From: Candidatus Marinacidobacterales bacterium | GTDB taxonomy: Bacteria > Acidobacteriota > Vicinamibacteria > Marinacidobacterales > DATDRI01 | DNA: 64,000 nucleotides | Reading direction: 5' to 3' | NCBI GenBank assembly: GCA_965219415.1 | Contig: CBDCNP010000002.1 | Location: 4,064,001-4,128,000, forward strand | Shown: positions 39,349-50,083 of the stretch, piece after piece | Position numbering within the stretch: the stretch's first letter is position 1 | How the letters are laid out: the number at the start of each line of letters is the position of its first letter | Made by a program: the position numbers and the translations under genes | Notes under the pieces: model-generated | What the model was told of the DNA's origin: nothing | The model's input: only the letters and a program-made list of their open reading frames with translations | Database searches by the model: none

Positions 39349-42300
39349 CTACGACGATGGTTTCTGGTCCGCGAATGAGTGCCGGAGCTGCGCCACATAC
39401 GCCTTCCCGTGACGGGCCGCGAGAGCTAGGCCGACGAGCACTGAGACCACCATGGGGAGCGTGGCGCTCACATGGTAGAAACCGATGGTGATGAGCAAAA
39501 TGACCGCACCGACGCCGGCGAGCGCCAGGGCACGCCGCGGTTCCACGCGCGCGTCTCCGCGTCGCGAGAGCCAGATGCCGGTCCAGAAGAGCCCGATGCC
39601 CAACAGGTTCACGGGCTGCCCGGTGAACGCCCCCCCGGCGGACGCGTAGGGCACGGAAAACCATGCATCATGGTCCGCTTGGTTGGCGTAGAGTTTTTCG
39701 AAAGCGTAGTGCACGCCCGATGTGGGAACCGTGATACGAAGCGGCTCCAGCGTTTGCTGCACCCCAGCCGCGTCCCCGAGCTTGGCGAACTCCGCCTCGA
39801 GCTCGCTCGCGGAGACCAGCGCCCCGACCCTCACGATATCCATGTTCGTTGACGGGGCTCCATAGCGCATCTCGGCCGGGAGAAACGCGTCCCAACGAGA
39901 TTCGGTCACCAGGATGTCTGGGCGCGGCAGGGAGGCCGTGACTTTGCCGAGGCGACGGATCCCAGAGCCCTCGGTGGCATAGACGATCTGGACCGGGAAA
40001 CCTCGGGTCGAGTTGACGATCTTGATAAGAACGCTCGACGACTCCTCTTCATCCTCACCGTCGGAGCGAGCGGGGTTCTCCGGCTTTCCGTTTACGAAGA
40101 CCGACCAGATCTGCGATCCCTCCGGAAGCCGTACACGCAGGAATTGCTTGCGGCTGTTTCGCACGACGAAGTGCGCGGTCGTTACGAAGAGTCCGTCTCG
40201 TGTAAAGAGCGTTCGGTACTCGGCACGGTCGATGACCGCTTCTTGCGTACCGAGGACGCGATGGCGGGTCACGCTGAGCGCCAAGCGGTGAGGTGGATCG
40301 GCATGGACGTACTTGTAGGCCAAGAGGATAGGGTTGGTGGTCCGTAGAACAAGCTGCTGAGGAAGCTCTTTGATGTCGAGCGCGGAGAGTTGCTCGGTTG
40401 TGGCAGGCTGGACCTCCACCGCACTCAAGGCCTCGACGGCGATGCGGCCTTGTTCCACCTCGGCGCCCCGAACCGTCAACGTCGGGACCTCGACTTCGGA
40501 CGCATCATCGACCAGGATACGTTCGTAAGTAAGCTCGATACGGAATTGCCCTTCCATTTCTTGCGTGAACTCGATGCTGACGAGCTGCGCGTTGTCTTGC
40601 GGATTGACCGCGTAGGTGCGTAGCGACGGGGCGGTGAGACTCAAGAGGTTGATCCCCTGCGGAAGCTCGAGCTCGAGCGTGCTGACTCGACCCGACTTCA
40701 AGTGAATCTCCAAACTCGCCGCCCCCGTCAAGGTCACCTCACCGAGAGAGATCAGCGTGTCGACCTGAGCATCGAACTTACCTTGCACCACTTCCGGGGT
40801 CGACGTTTCGACCATGACCCGAGGGAGCGCATCGGCGTACTTGAACGTGTGGGCGACGGTCATCGTCACTTCGTCTCGGACGAAAGCGGGAAGTTGGTTC
40901 TCGCCCACCCGCGTCGCTTGAGTCTCGTCCGGCTCGCCCACTGGTCTCAAGGCGAGGTCGTGACTGGCCAGAAGTGCCAGCATCCCCTTTTGCCGCTGCA
41001 CACCCAACGCCTGGAAGAGTGGTGCCTGGATGCCGGCTTGCTCGGCACTGGGCGCTAGCGAGCGGTCGTAGAAAATGTCGAACAGAAGCTGTCCTTTCAG
41101 CTGGCGGTCGAGAAAAACCGTCACCGTCCGGGCGGCGCCCCGGCGAACCGGGTTGAGCCGCCAGTCTGCCACCGCGCCCGACTCTGCGCTGATGCGATTG
41201 ATCTGAACGTCATTCGGTACCGCGAGCTCGATCACATGCGTCTCGCCGCGATTGACCTCGTACTGCACCGTAACCCTACCGTTGAGCACGCCTTCTTCCG
41301 CATGAAGAACATGATAGAGAGAGGCATTCGAACGCACCTCGGCCTTGATGTCCTCCGGCACCGCTTCCGACCAGGCGAAAGACACCTGGCCGGTGAGAGG
41401 CACATGAACCGTGGCTATCGTGGATCCACCCCGGATCCGGCTTCTGATGCTGGCGGCCGGCGTTACGGTGAGCTCCTTTTTTCCGGGAAGCGTCAGGTCG
41501 AAGCGTGAGACGGGTACCGGAGGAACCTGGAGATTCACGCGCAGGGGGGCCATCCCCGCTTAGCACCGACACCTGAAACTCAACGACGACACTGTGTACG
41601 CCGCGTCCTCTCACCAGAGTCACGAAACGATCGCCTTCTACCAAAATAGGAGCGTCCTTCCCGTCAACCTTCAGGTTGCTCATCGTGACGCTTCGCGGCA
41701 GAAGAGAGAGCGTCGCCGTCTCGTCGCTGAAGAGCTCGACGCTGAGTTTTCCTGACCAGTCCACGGCGTTTCCGACCAGACGGCCGGAATAGCTCGCTCG
41801 GCTGACGGTGTGTCCTCTCCGAGCGGGGGTGCGCCAGGAAATCTGCACACCGGACGTCGTGGGGATCGTCGCGCTGACTCTCGTGGTCTGGCCGCTTTGG
41901 GAGAACTTGACTCCCGCTGCCGGGATGACAGCCACGTCGAGCCCGCTGCCGGGAAGACTCGCCGTCAACTGAGTGGCTGCCGCCTGGGGCAACGGCACCG
42001 CCAAGGTAAAACCATTGTCGGAGCGCATCGCATCGACTCGGTACAAGAGGTTCATGTTGTAGGAACCTGATTTCTTGGTGCTCCAGGCGAGTCCGTCGGG
42101 CGTCGCAAGCAATTGGATAGGGTTTCCGCCTATCGTGGCGGCTTCGACCGGAGTGCCGGCGGGCAAGACCGGTACCAGGACCCAATCGTCCTCGAGGACG
42201 TCGATCGCAAGATCCACGCGAATCTGCCCGCTGACGCGCGGCTCGGTGGCGGCGACTTGAACGGTGACTCGCGCGTTACCGAGCGCGTAGCTAGCGGGCG

Positions 42301-42496
42301 CCGGACGCGGCAGTCGCGACGGGTCGCGCGACTTCTCGAGCAAAGCCTTGTAGACCTCCAACGGAAGCTGAACCTGCCCTGTCTTGTCATCCTTAGTTGG
42401 TTCGGCTTGCTCGGCTCCCGCAGCTTCCTTTGCCGGGCTCAGCGGAAGCAAGAGCAACAAGAGAGCCAGCAAGAGTGTTTGGATCTTCATCGTCAA
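39349..42496 (-). CDS. Large exported protein with C-terminal TM helices, function unknown (frameshift in C6 run near 41545)
   Basis: Signal peptide. ORFs 41276..42496 and 39349..41553 join at GATGGCCCCCCTGC. Three C-terminal TMs. Confidence 0.75.
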
Positions 42497-42534
42497 TACC
42501 TCGCGTCTTTAGTCGCTTGCCGTAGCATTCGACA

Positions 42535-45066
42535 TCATCGTGCCAGTTGATCGGTAGTTGGGGGCTGTACCTTCAATCGGGCTGCATAACGCAGCGAGTC
42601 CGACAGATAATTCCTGAGTCCTGGCTGCTCTACGACCTGCGTGCCGAGGAGCGTCCGATATTCGTTTAGCATCGCGATGTCCCGAGCCAGATCTCCGTTT
42701 TGAAGTCCCGGGAGCTCCAGACGGAGTCCCGTCAATAAGTCGTGAAACTCGGTCAAAAGGCGCGTGGCTTCGGCTGGATTTGCACCAGCGAGCACAACCC
42801 CTGCCTCTTCGAGGACCTCGGACAGGCGCTGCGCCAGGAAGTTCTTCAGCACGTTGAACTCGAGAGGTCCGGGTACCCGTTGCTGCCGTTCGAGTGCGAG
42901 ACGGGCTCGCGCCACCCCGTTTCGCAGGAAGGCCAGGTCTTTGTATCGCACCGTCACATCGGCGATGGCCCCCGGCCCGGAAGCCACGACGTCCAGGACG
43001 ACGGCATGCTCATCTCCGGCGTAGAAATTGGGGATCACGATTTGGATGCCTTCTTCATCCTCACCGCGATCGGCTTCGATACCGAGGTTTCGGGACAGAC
43101 GGAGGTCGACACTCTGTTCGGCTTCTCGAACTTTTTGCGCCCGGACCTCGTCCAGCCGCTCCGAGCCAAGGACGTCCACCAACTTGACGCCGCCCGCCAA
43201 TCGGATGCGCACGCGAACGGCTCGCGCGACAACGCGACTCGCGGCAGAAAGCTCCTGGTCGACGAGGCCCGCCGCCTCCGAACCGAGCTCTAACAAGCGG
43301 CGATGTCCCTGACCGGCAAGCGCTACGCGCTCTAGCTCCTTCGGGACGACGTTGCCTCCCACTCCCACGACACTCACGGGAATCCCAGCTACCGCGCTCT
43401 GATGGGCGAGATCCGAGAGCGTCCTGGTCGCGTTGCCGAGGGGCTGGCTCGTGACCAAGAGCACCAGGCTGCTCCCCAGAACGGCAGTGGGGTCGTCGTC
43501 TTGGTTGACGCTCTGGATCGCTTTCGCGGCGGCCCCGGCGAGCGTCAGCGTTTCATCGTCGAAAGGCGCGACGTCCTCTGCTGGTCCGAAGAATCGGTTC
43601 CATGCGACGGCGAGCGTCCCGTGACGATAGGCGTCCGGCTCCAACACCAGGCCGCCCGGTCGGCCGGCGACGACGAGACGGAATGGGTCTCCGAGCTCCT
43701 TCGCCTCGTTCAATGCCCATAGAAGAGCGCGCATGCTCGCCGCGACGTCCACGGGAATTTCACCGCGCAAATCGAGAACGACTCCGACGTTCATCGCGGG
43801 ACGGCGACCCGCCTGCCGCTCGATGCCCTTGAGGCCCACTTGAACCAGGAAGCGGCTCTCCTCGGAAAGTCCTTGCCGATCGGCGTGCAGGTAGACGGCT
43901 ACCGCCGCATTGTCCGGGGAGTCGAAGGGCTGCGGCGTCGGCCGAACCGCATCGTGAAGGCGAAGCGGTGTCGTGGCGTAGCCGGCGAGCGCCAAGGGGT
44001 CGTACTGCCGTAGACGCGCCTCGAGAAACCGCGTTGCAGGATCGCCAGGCAGGTAGGAGTTGGCCCAGTAGCCCTTGGCGTCCTTGAATGTGAGCCCCTC
44101 GAGCGAAGCGCGCTCGGCAAGAAAGGCCCGCGCTGCCTCGCGTGGCGCCGCCACACGGAAACCAAACTGGTCGTCGCCTCGAGCGCTTTGGCCGGCGCCG
44201 GCGGTGTCTCCAGCCTTGAGTCGACTCTTCTTACCGTTGGTTTCAATGAGAAGGGCCTCTTCCGTTATAGTGCCGAGCTCGTTTTTCTTCGAGCCGTTGG
44301 TGGGGACGTTTTCAAACCCGCCGCGATAGTAGGAGCGCGACTTTCGGTCAGCAAGTTCGTCGATTCGACCTGCGACTTCCGCAAAATCGGAATCGCGTTT
44401 GTCAAAGAGCTCTCGTTCCTCGTCGGAGCTTTCGAAAGTGGCGTTGGAATCGCTTGGCTTCCTAGCCGGAGTCGGGATCGAGTTCGAGGGTTCCCTGTTT
44501 CGCCTCTGTCCTTCGGCCGCGGGAGGAGGTGGCGGAGTGGCCGGAAGGCTCTTAGGTGCTTCAACCTTCCCCTCACGGCTCCCGCCTTCGCGCTGAGTTT
44601 CTTGCTCGGTCGGTGCCGTGCTGTAGAGCAGACGGTCTTTCTCTTGCTCTTGACGGCGCAGTTGGACCATGTCAGCGATTTCCGGTTCCCTCGAAAAACT
44701 AGATTGCCCCCTTGTAAGCAAGCTCAACACGACGGCGACCGCCACGCCCGTTACGACGGCAGCCGCGGCTACGCCGGCCCAGCGAAACTGGCCGAAGAAA
44801 TGGGTTCGGTCGGGGCCCGTCGGAGTTACGCTTACCTCCGCGTTTCCGTGAAGCTCCGGCCTTGCTAGGAGTTTCTCAACCACGTCGTCTGGAGCATCGA
44901 CCGCAGGCATTTCCCGCAGCTGCTCGTTCAGCTCACTAAGCGTCTCGAGAAAGGAGAAACACTCAGCGCATTCCTCGAGGTGCTGCTGTGCCCCCTCGTT
45001 CTCACGGACGGCCTGCGGCCCCTCGGCAGCGAGCAGGTCCTGCAATTCTTTGCAGATGGATTTCAT
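42535..45066 (-). CDS. Zinc-finger anti-sigma factor fused via a TM to a vWA (YfbK-like) domain
   Basis: HLEECAEC (HxxxCxxC); TM WAGVAAAAVVTGVAVAVVLSLL; RPAMNVGVVLDLRG (degenerate MIDAS); GIPVSVVGVG. The ATG overlaps the sigma stop. Confidence 0.75.
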   Translation of the reverse strand: MKSICKELQDLLAAEGPQAVRENEGAQQHLEECAECFSFLETLSELNEQLREMPAVDAPDDVVEKLLARPELHGNAEVSVTPTGPDRTHFFGQFRWAGVAAAAVVTGVAVAVVLSLLTRGQSSFSREPEIADMVQLRRQEQEKDRLLYSTAPTEQETQREGGSREGKVEAPKSLPATPPPPPAAEGQRRNREPSNSIPTPARKPSDSNATFESSDEERELFDKRDSDFAEVAGRIDELADRKSRSYYRGGFENVPTNGSKKNELGTITEEALLIETNGKKSRLKAGDTAGAGQSARGDDQFGFRVAAPREAARAFLAERASLEGLTFKDAKGYWANSYLPGDPATRFLEARLRQYDPLALAGYATTPLRLHDAVRPTPQPFDSPDNAAVAVYLHADRQGLSEESRFLVQVGLKGIERQAGRRPAMNVGVVLDLRGEIPVDVAASMRALLWALNEAKELGDPFRLVVAGRPGGLVLEPDAYRHGTLAVAWNRFFGPAEDVAPFDDETLTLAGAAAKAIQSVNQDDDPTAVLGSSLVLLVTSQPLGNATRTLSDLAHQSAVAGIPVSVVGVGGNVVPKELERVALAGQGHRRLLELGSEAAGLVDQELSAASRVVARAVRVRIRLAGGVKLVDVLGSERLDEVRAQKVREAEQSVDLRLSRNLGIEADRGEDEEGIQIVIPNFYAGDEHAVVLDVVASGPGAIADVTVRYKDLAFLRNGVARARLALERQQRVPGPLEFNVLKNFLAQRLSEVLEEAGVVLAGANPAEATRLLTEFHDLLTGLRLELPGLQNGDLARDIAMLNEYRTLLGTQVVEQPGLRNYLSDSLRYAARLKVQPPTTDQLAR

Positions 45067-45668
45067 GAGGATTCCCTTTGCAATACGCCGTTGCGCCGCG
45101 CCAACTTGCGGACGAGCGCGAGGCGGGCACGTCTCAAGTGGGTCTTGACGGTGTTGGTTGGCAATTCCAAAGCCGCCGCGATGTCTTTTTGCGCCAAGTT
45201 CTCGATGCATGCGAGAACGAGCACCTCACGCTGCATGAGAGGAAGCTTGCAGATCTCTTCCTCGAGCCACGTCGCCGTTTGTCTTGCTACTGCAACCCGC
45301 TCGCCATCGGGCGCCGGATCCTGAACCTCTCGCCGCGACTCCATGAAAACAAGCTCTTGGACTCGCTGCTTGCGGTGATGGGTGCGCACCGTGTTGGCCA
45401 CGATCGTGAAAAGCCAAGGATGGAGGGGACGCTCGCTCTGAAATTGCGCCGCCGCACGATGCACCTTGATGAAAATGTCCTGAAACACGTCGTCTCGATC
45501 CGATTCCCTAACCCCGCACCGAACGAGGTAGGAGTAAACGGGCACTCGGTACCTGGCCACGAGTTTCGGGAAGGCGGAGGCATCGCCGTCACGGTGACGT
45601 AGCAAGAGCTCTCGCTCGTCCGTTAGACCGTGCTCGCTCCGCGTCGCCGCGTTTGCTTCCTGGATCAT
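45063..45668 (-). CDS. ECF RNA polymerase sigma factor
   Basis: GDASAFPKLVARY, DDVFQDIF, WLFTIVAN, LPLMQREVL, NTVKTHLRRAR. Confidence 0.92.
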   Translation of the reverse strand: MIQEANAATRSEHGLTDERELLLRHRDGDASAFPKLVARYRVPVYSYLVRCGVRESDRDDVFQDIFIKVHRAAAQFQSERPLHPWLFTIVANTVRTHHRKQRVQELVFMESRREVQDPAPDGERVAVARQTATWLEEEICKLPLMQREVLVLACIENLAQKDIAAALELPTNTVKTHLRRARLALVRKLARRNGVLQRESS

Positions 45669-45730
45669 CGCCTCCCCATCGGTCTCAACAGTCTCGACAG
45701 TCTCAGTAGGCCCCCGCATATCTACTGAGG

Positions 45731-45758
45731 CATACAAACGAAAGCCGGAAAGGTTTCA
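45731..45758 (-). promoter_or_regulatory. Putative ECF-type autoregulated promoter
   Basis: Minus strand TGAAAC-N17-GTAT upstream of the sigma gene. Confidence 0.5.
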
Positions 45759-45884
45759 GGAAAAACCGGTTTTTCTGGGATTTCTTCTATGGTAACACGT
45801 TACCGGAACGGGCTATAGGCTTGTAAGGTATTGAAGAAAAACGCCTTATAAAGAATCGTGCCGGCTTCGCTTTGAACGCCGGAT

Positions 45885-46311
45885 TTATCTACCAGCGAAT
45901 TGGGGACCTAACACGGAGTCAAGCAGGCTTAGGAGCTCCCGGCTGCTGCCCACATAGAGGACGATGACCTTGCCGGATTTGTAGAAGTGCGGAGTGGAAA
46001 CCCAATTGATGATCGTCGTACCCACAGAGGAACCGTCCGGTGAGACACGAGCCCCTTCTCCCTGAGCCGCCCGCCGCGTTCTCATACTCGAACACTTGCA
46101 CATCTTCTCCATTGACTCTAAGGACCTGACCGGAAGCGGAGAAAAAAGGCTGTGAGACCGACCCGACGATGTTGACCGTGGCGCCCTCGTTCCGCAGTTC
46201 ACGTATCAAGGCGTCCAGATCGTCCACCACTGCTTCCGGAGAGGCGTTCCCATTACAGCAAGCGAGCATAAGGAGTAGAAGAACGACGGAAGAGCGCAGG
46301 GAGGAAACCAT
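45885..46311 (-). CDS. Hypothetical lipoprotein (frameshift near 46070)
   Basis: Lipobox LAC. The two ORF frames join to give ..VQVFEYE.. and ..TPHFYKSGKVIVLYVG..GPQFAGR. Confidence 0.6.
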
Positions 46312-46741
46312 CTGACAACCTCCTTATTCTAGTTCATCGGAACGAGACGCCGTAACGTTTCTCGACGAGGCTGAACGCCAAGCGCTCAACGCCGCTATTG
46401 CGAGGACATTGGAATCTGCAAAGGCGGGCAAGGGTCGCCCTGCGGACGCCATCGTCGATGAGCTGCGCGCACGGCGGAAGTGACTTCTCTCCCGTCCGGA
46501 CGGACGACGTGGCCCTGCAAGAATGAAGATCGTTGAGAAAAATAATTCATTTTTTGCTTGACAGCCTTTTCGAAGCGACATGAAAAACATGGGAGGTCCG
46601 ATCTAGAGTGGGTCTATAGGCGCGATAAATAAACGACAGTCACACTCGTTTGCTTGGGTAGACTTCGAAAGTGTCTCGAGGCGTTCGCGTGCAACACGGG
46701 CGTGCACAGAGCGTCGAAAAAGTCCATGCTATAAATGGCGT

Positions 46742-47911
46742 ATGAACAAAAAAGACGAATTGAAATCGCTTTCCCAACTATCGGATGACGAGCTTCTTGT
46801 TCGACTGTCGAACGTTTTGAAACAGTCGCAGCGTGTCGAGTCGGTTCTCGTTGTGCATATCGCCGAAGCCGATGCACGCCGACTGTATGCTCGTGAAGCA
46901 TCGTCATCGATGTTTAGATACGCCACCGATGTGTTGCACTTGTCCGAGGCAGAGGCCTGCCTACGCATAGCCGCCGCACGGGCGTCGCGCCGACATCCGG
47001 TGCTGCTGACGATGCTCGACGATGGGCGTCTTCACTTGAGCGGCATCGCGGTGCTGGCGCCGCACCTTACCGGCGCCAATTGCGAGGAGCTCTTGGCTCG
47101 AGCAACCCACAAGACCAAGCGCGAGCTTCTGGTGCTGGTGGCGGAGATTGCCCCGAAACCGGATGTCTCGCCCTCCATCCGGAAGCTTCCGAAGCGGCGA
47201 CAGAAGCCGGCAAGCGAACACCGTACGTCAGGCGCCGAAAGTACTCCGTCCGGAAAGAGTCTTGCCCCTGAACCTGAGCCCGCCCCGGCTCCCGAAGCGG
47301 CTGACAAGCCGCTGGTCGTCGAGCCGCTGACGCCAGCGCGGTACCGCGTGCAGTTCACAGCGAGCGCCGAGCTTCACGACAAGCTCCAACGGCTCGCGGC
47401 GCTCATGCCGGGTGCCGACCTCGCTTCCATGCTAGAAGCGTCGGTGACGGAGAAACTCGAACGGCTCGAGGCCAAGCGCCTCGGCAAAGTCAAAAATCCG
47501 AGAAAGAGCTTCGAAGATGCCGACACGTCGCCGGGAGTGCGCGGAATCCCCGCTCCGGTGAGACGTTTCGTGTGGGCGCGCGATCGGGCTCAATGCACGT
47601 TTCAGAGCAGCGGCGGTAGACGATGTCCTGAGCGGCTAGGGCTGCAGTTCCATCACGACGATCCCTACGGGGTCGGCGGCGATCGAAGTGCCGACAATGT
47701 CAGACTCTTGTGTCGTCCTCACAATCTCTACATGGCGGAGATGGACTACGGCAAAGACAAAATGGAGGAGTACCGGCGTTCCGCCGACCGGGTCGGTGAA
47801 CCGAAGCCGTCGTTTCCACTCTTTCCGGACAGAGCTCAAGAAACGCCGCCCCTTCGTACTGTCCTGCAACTCGCAACGAAGGACGGCACTACACCCCGGG
47901 CTGCTTTCTAG
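46742..47911 (+). CDS. DUF222-like protein with C-terminal HNH endonuclease
   Basis: VWARDRAQCTF..RC..FHHDDPYGVGG..NVRLLCRPHN. Helical N-terminal domain LSEAEACLRIAAAR. Confidence 0.85.
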   Translation: MNKKDELKSLSQLSDDELLVRLSNVLKQSQRVESVLVVHIAEADARRLYAREASSSMFRYATDVLHLSEAEACLRIAAARASRRHPVLLTMLDDGRLHLSGIAVLAPHLTGANCEELLARATHKTKRELLVLVAEIAPKPDVSPSIRKLPKRRQKPASEHRTSGAESTPSGKSLAPEPEPAPAPEAADKPLVVEPLTPARYRVQFTASAELHDKLQRLAALMPGADLASMLEASVTEKLERLEAKRLGKVKNPRKSFEDADTSPGVRGIPAPVRRFVWARDRAQCTFQSSGGRRCPERLGLQFHHDDPYGVGGDRSADNVRLLCRPHNLYMAEMDYGKDKMEEYRRSADRVGEPKPSFPLFPDRAQETPPLRTVLQLATKDGTTPRAAF

Positions 47912-48046
47912 CCCCCGCCCGCCTCCGCCAACGGGAGTTTTTTTCTCACATCCCCCGTCTGGAACGCGATTCGAGGGGCCGGTCCTGATCTGACGTCGCC
48001 CCGACCTTGACGTTGCCACCCAGCGAGTGAGTACGGAAGGAAGCCA

Positions 48047-50083
48047 TCATCTCGTCGGGACGAGCCGCTTCAGCTCCCCGAACCAGTTAAGGACGACGTT
48101 GATTTGTTGCGTTCCGGCCGCACCCTCTTCCGTTCGGACCATCACGAACCGGCCATCCGGCGCGACGTCGTAGCCGGTGGCGGGATTTCCACCCGTCGAG
48201 CCCGATACATAACGGCCCTCGAAAAGCAACGTGGGGCTCCCCGGAGCAAGCTGCGGCTCCGTCGCGATGGCAACCGCCATCATCTTGTCGCCAATCCGGT
48301 AGAAGAGCTCCCCGCCGTCTCGGGACCACATGGGTTCCGCGCCGCCATCGGTCGATATCTGTAGCTTGCCTCCGGGGTCGGGAAAGGCAGTGACGTAGAC
48401 TTCTTCGCGACCGGACTCGTTGGAGACATAAGCCAGCCAGCGATCGTCGGGTGAGAGCATCCCGGTGTGCTCTTCGAAAGGGGTTTGAAGGAGCATCTCC
48501 GGCTCCCGCTCACCCTCCAGGCGCACCATCCCGATGTCGCGGCCCGTGGTGTTGTTATGTTGTCTGAAGACGATCGTCTTCCCATCCGATGAGATCGATG
48601 TGGGTATGCGGTAGGCGTCCCCGGTCAGTTGCTCGGCGGTGCCGCTTCCGTCCGCGGCCTTGGAGAAAATGCTGAAGGTACCCTCTCGCCTCGAAGCAAA
48701 GATGACCCGCTCACCGTCTGGAGACCACAAGGGCCTTCGACCCTCTCCGAAGGTCAGTCGCGTCAAGGTGCCGCGCCCCAGCTCGAGCAGCCAGGTGTCA
48801 TACCGGCCCGCGCCCGCCTCCGGCGGAGCGACGGCGAGGCGCCGGCCGTCCGGTGAGAGGCGAGGGTGTAAATAATCCCGCAAGGCTTCCACCACGGGCT
48901 GCTCCACTCCTCGACGATCGACCCAGACCAGCTTCCCCTCGCCCGCAGCACCGACCCCGGGCACATAGACGAGCGTTCCATCGTCAGCCACCGCGAAGAG
49001 CACCCCGCGGGTGCTGGGGTTGACTCCAACACCTTCGAGGACAGGATTGAGCTCTCCGGTCGACTCGATGCGGTCGGCATCGAATGGCATGGCAAAGAGC
49101 GTAGCCTCGCGGGCATAGAGCAGGTGACCCGAGGAAGCGTAGCGCGGATAGGTCCCGCCCCGGTAAACCACTTTCCTTTCGCCCGTCTCGAGGAGAACCG
49201 CTTCGATAGTCGAGTCGTCGTTGTCTAGTGCCCCGGCTATGAAAAGCACCGCCTTCCCGTTCGGGAGAAACCACGGCCAGCGGTGGCTGAACTCGCCTTC
49301 GTTCAACTGCGTGAGCTCTACCGGAGTCCCGCCGGAAGCGGGCACACGATAGAGCCCGGTCGAGGTGCTCGGGGTAAAAACGATCGTATCGTCGGGTCCC
49401 CAGGTGCCGCCGAGGAAATTCCCCACCTCTGCAATGGTGAGCGCCGCGCCACCACTGACCGACACCTTCTTCAGAGCACCGGAGGTGAAAAACGCCAGCC
49501 AGCGACCGTCAGGCGAGAAGAAAGAGACGAGGGCGCCTTCCGTGCCGCTGAGGGGTGTGGCTTCTAGACTGTCGAGGGACCGGATGTTAGAGCTGTCTAT
49601 TCCCATCGGGCATTTGGCCCACGAAGGCCAGCATTTTACCGTCCGGAGAAAGCACCGGCGTCCCGCCCGGTCCCGTGAATAGTTGACTATCGCCGGCCCC
49701 GAGATTCACCGAAAACCGCACGAGGGACCTTTCCGGTGGCCACAAGATCCACAGTGTTGCCAACAATATGATGGTGAGGACACCGGCAATGACCTGCCAT
49801 AGCATAGAGGCTTTAGGTTTTGCTTCCTCGGACGGCGCGACAACGGGCTCGGCGAGGAACTCTTGAATCTCGACACGAACATCCCCGATCGATTGGCGGC
49901 GGTCTTTGCGATCCTTCCGGAGACACCGGCGCACCAGGTTCTGAATCCGCGGGTCGAGATCAGAAACCGTGTTCCAATCAGGCTCCGTCTTGATGATGCT
50001 CGCCAGAACATCCGAGACATCCTCGCCGCCGAAAGCCTTCTTTCCCGTCAACATCTCGTAGAGCACGATACCGAAAGAAAAGA
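48047..50083 (-). pseudogene. Ser/Thr kinase-TM-TolB-like propeller gene truncated by ISL3
   Basis: Begins at (D)IFSFGIVLYEMLTGK directly at the IS end. TM, SPDG repeats and terminal NVVLNWFGELKRLVP follow; frameshift near 49600. Confidence 0.85.
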
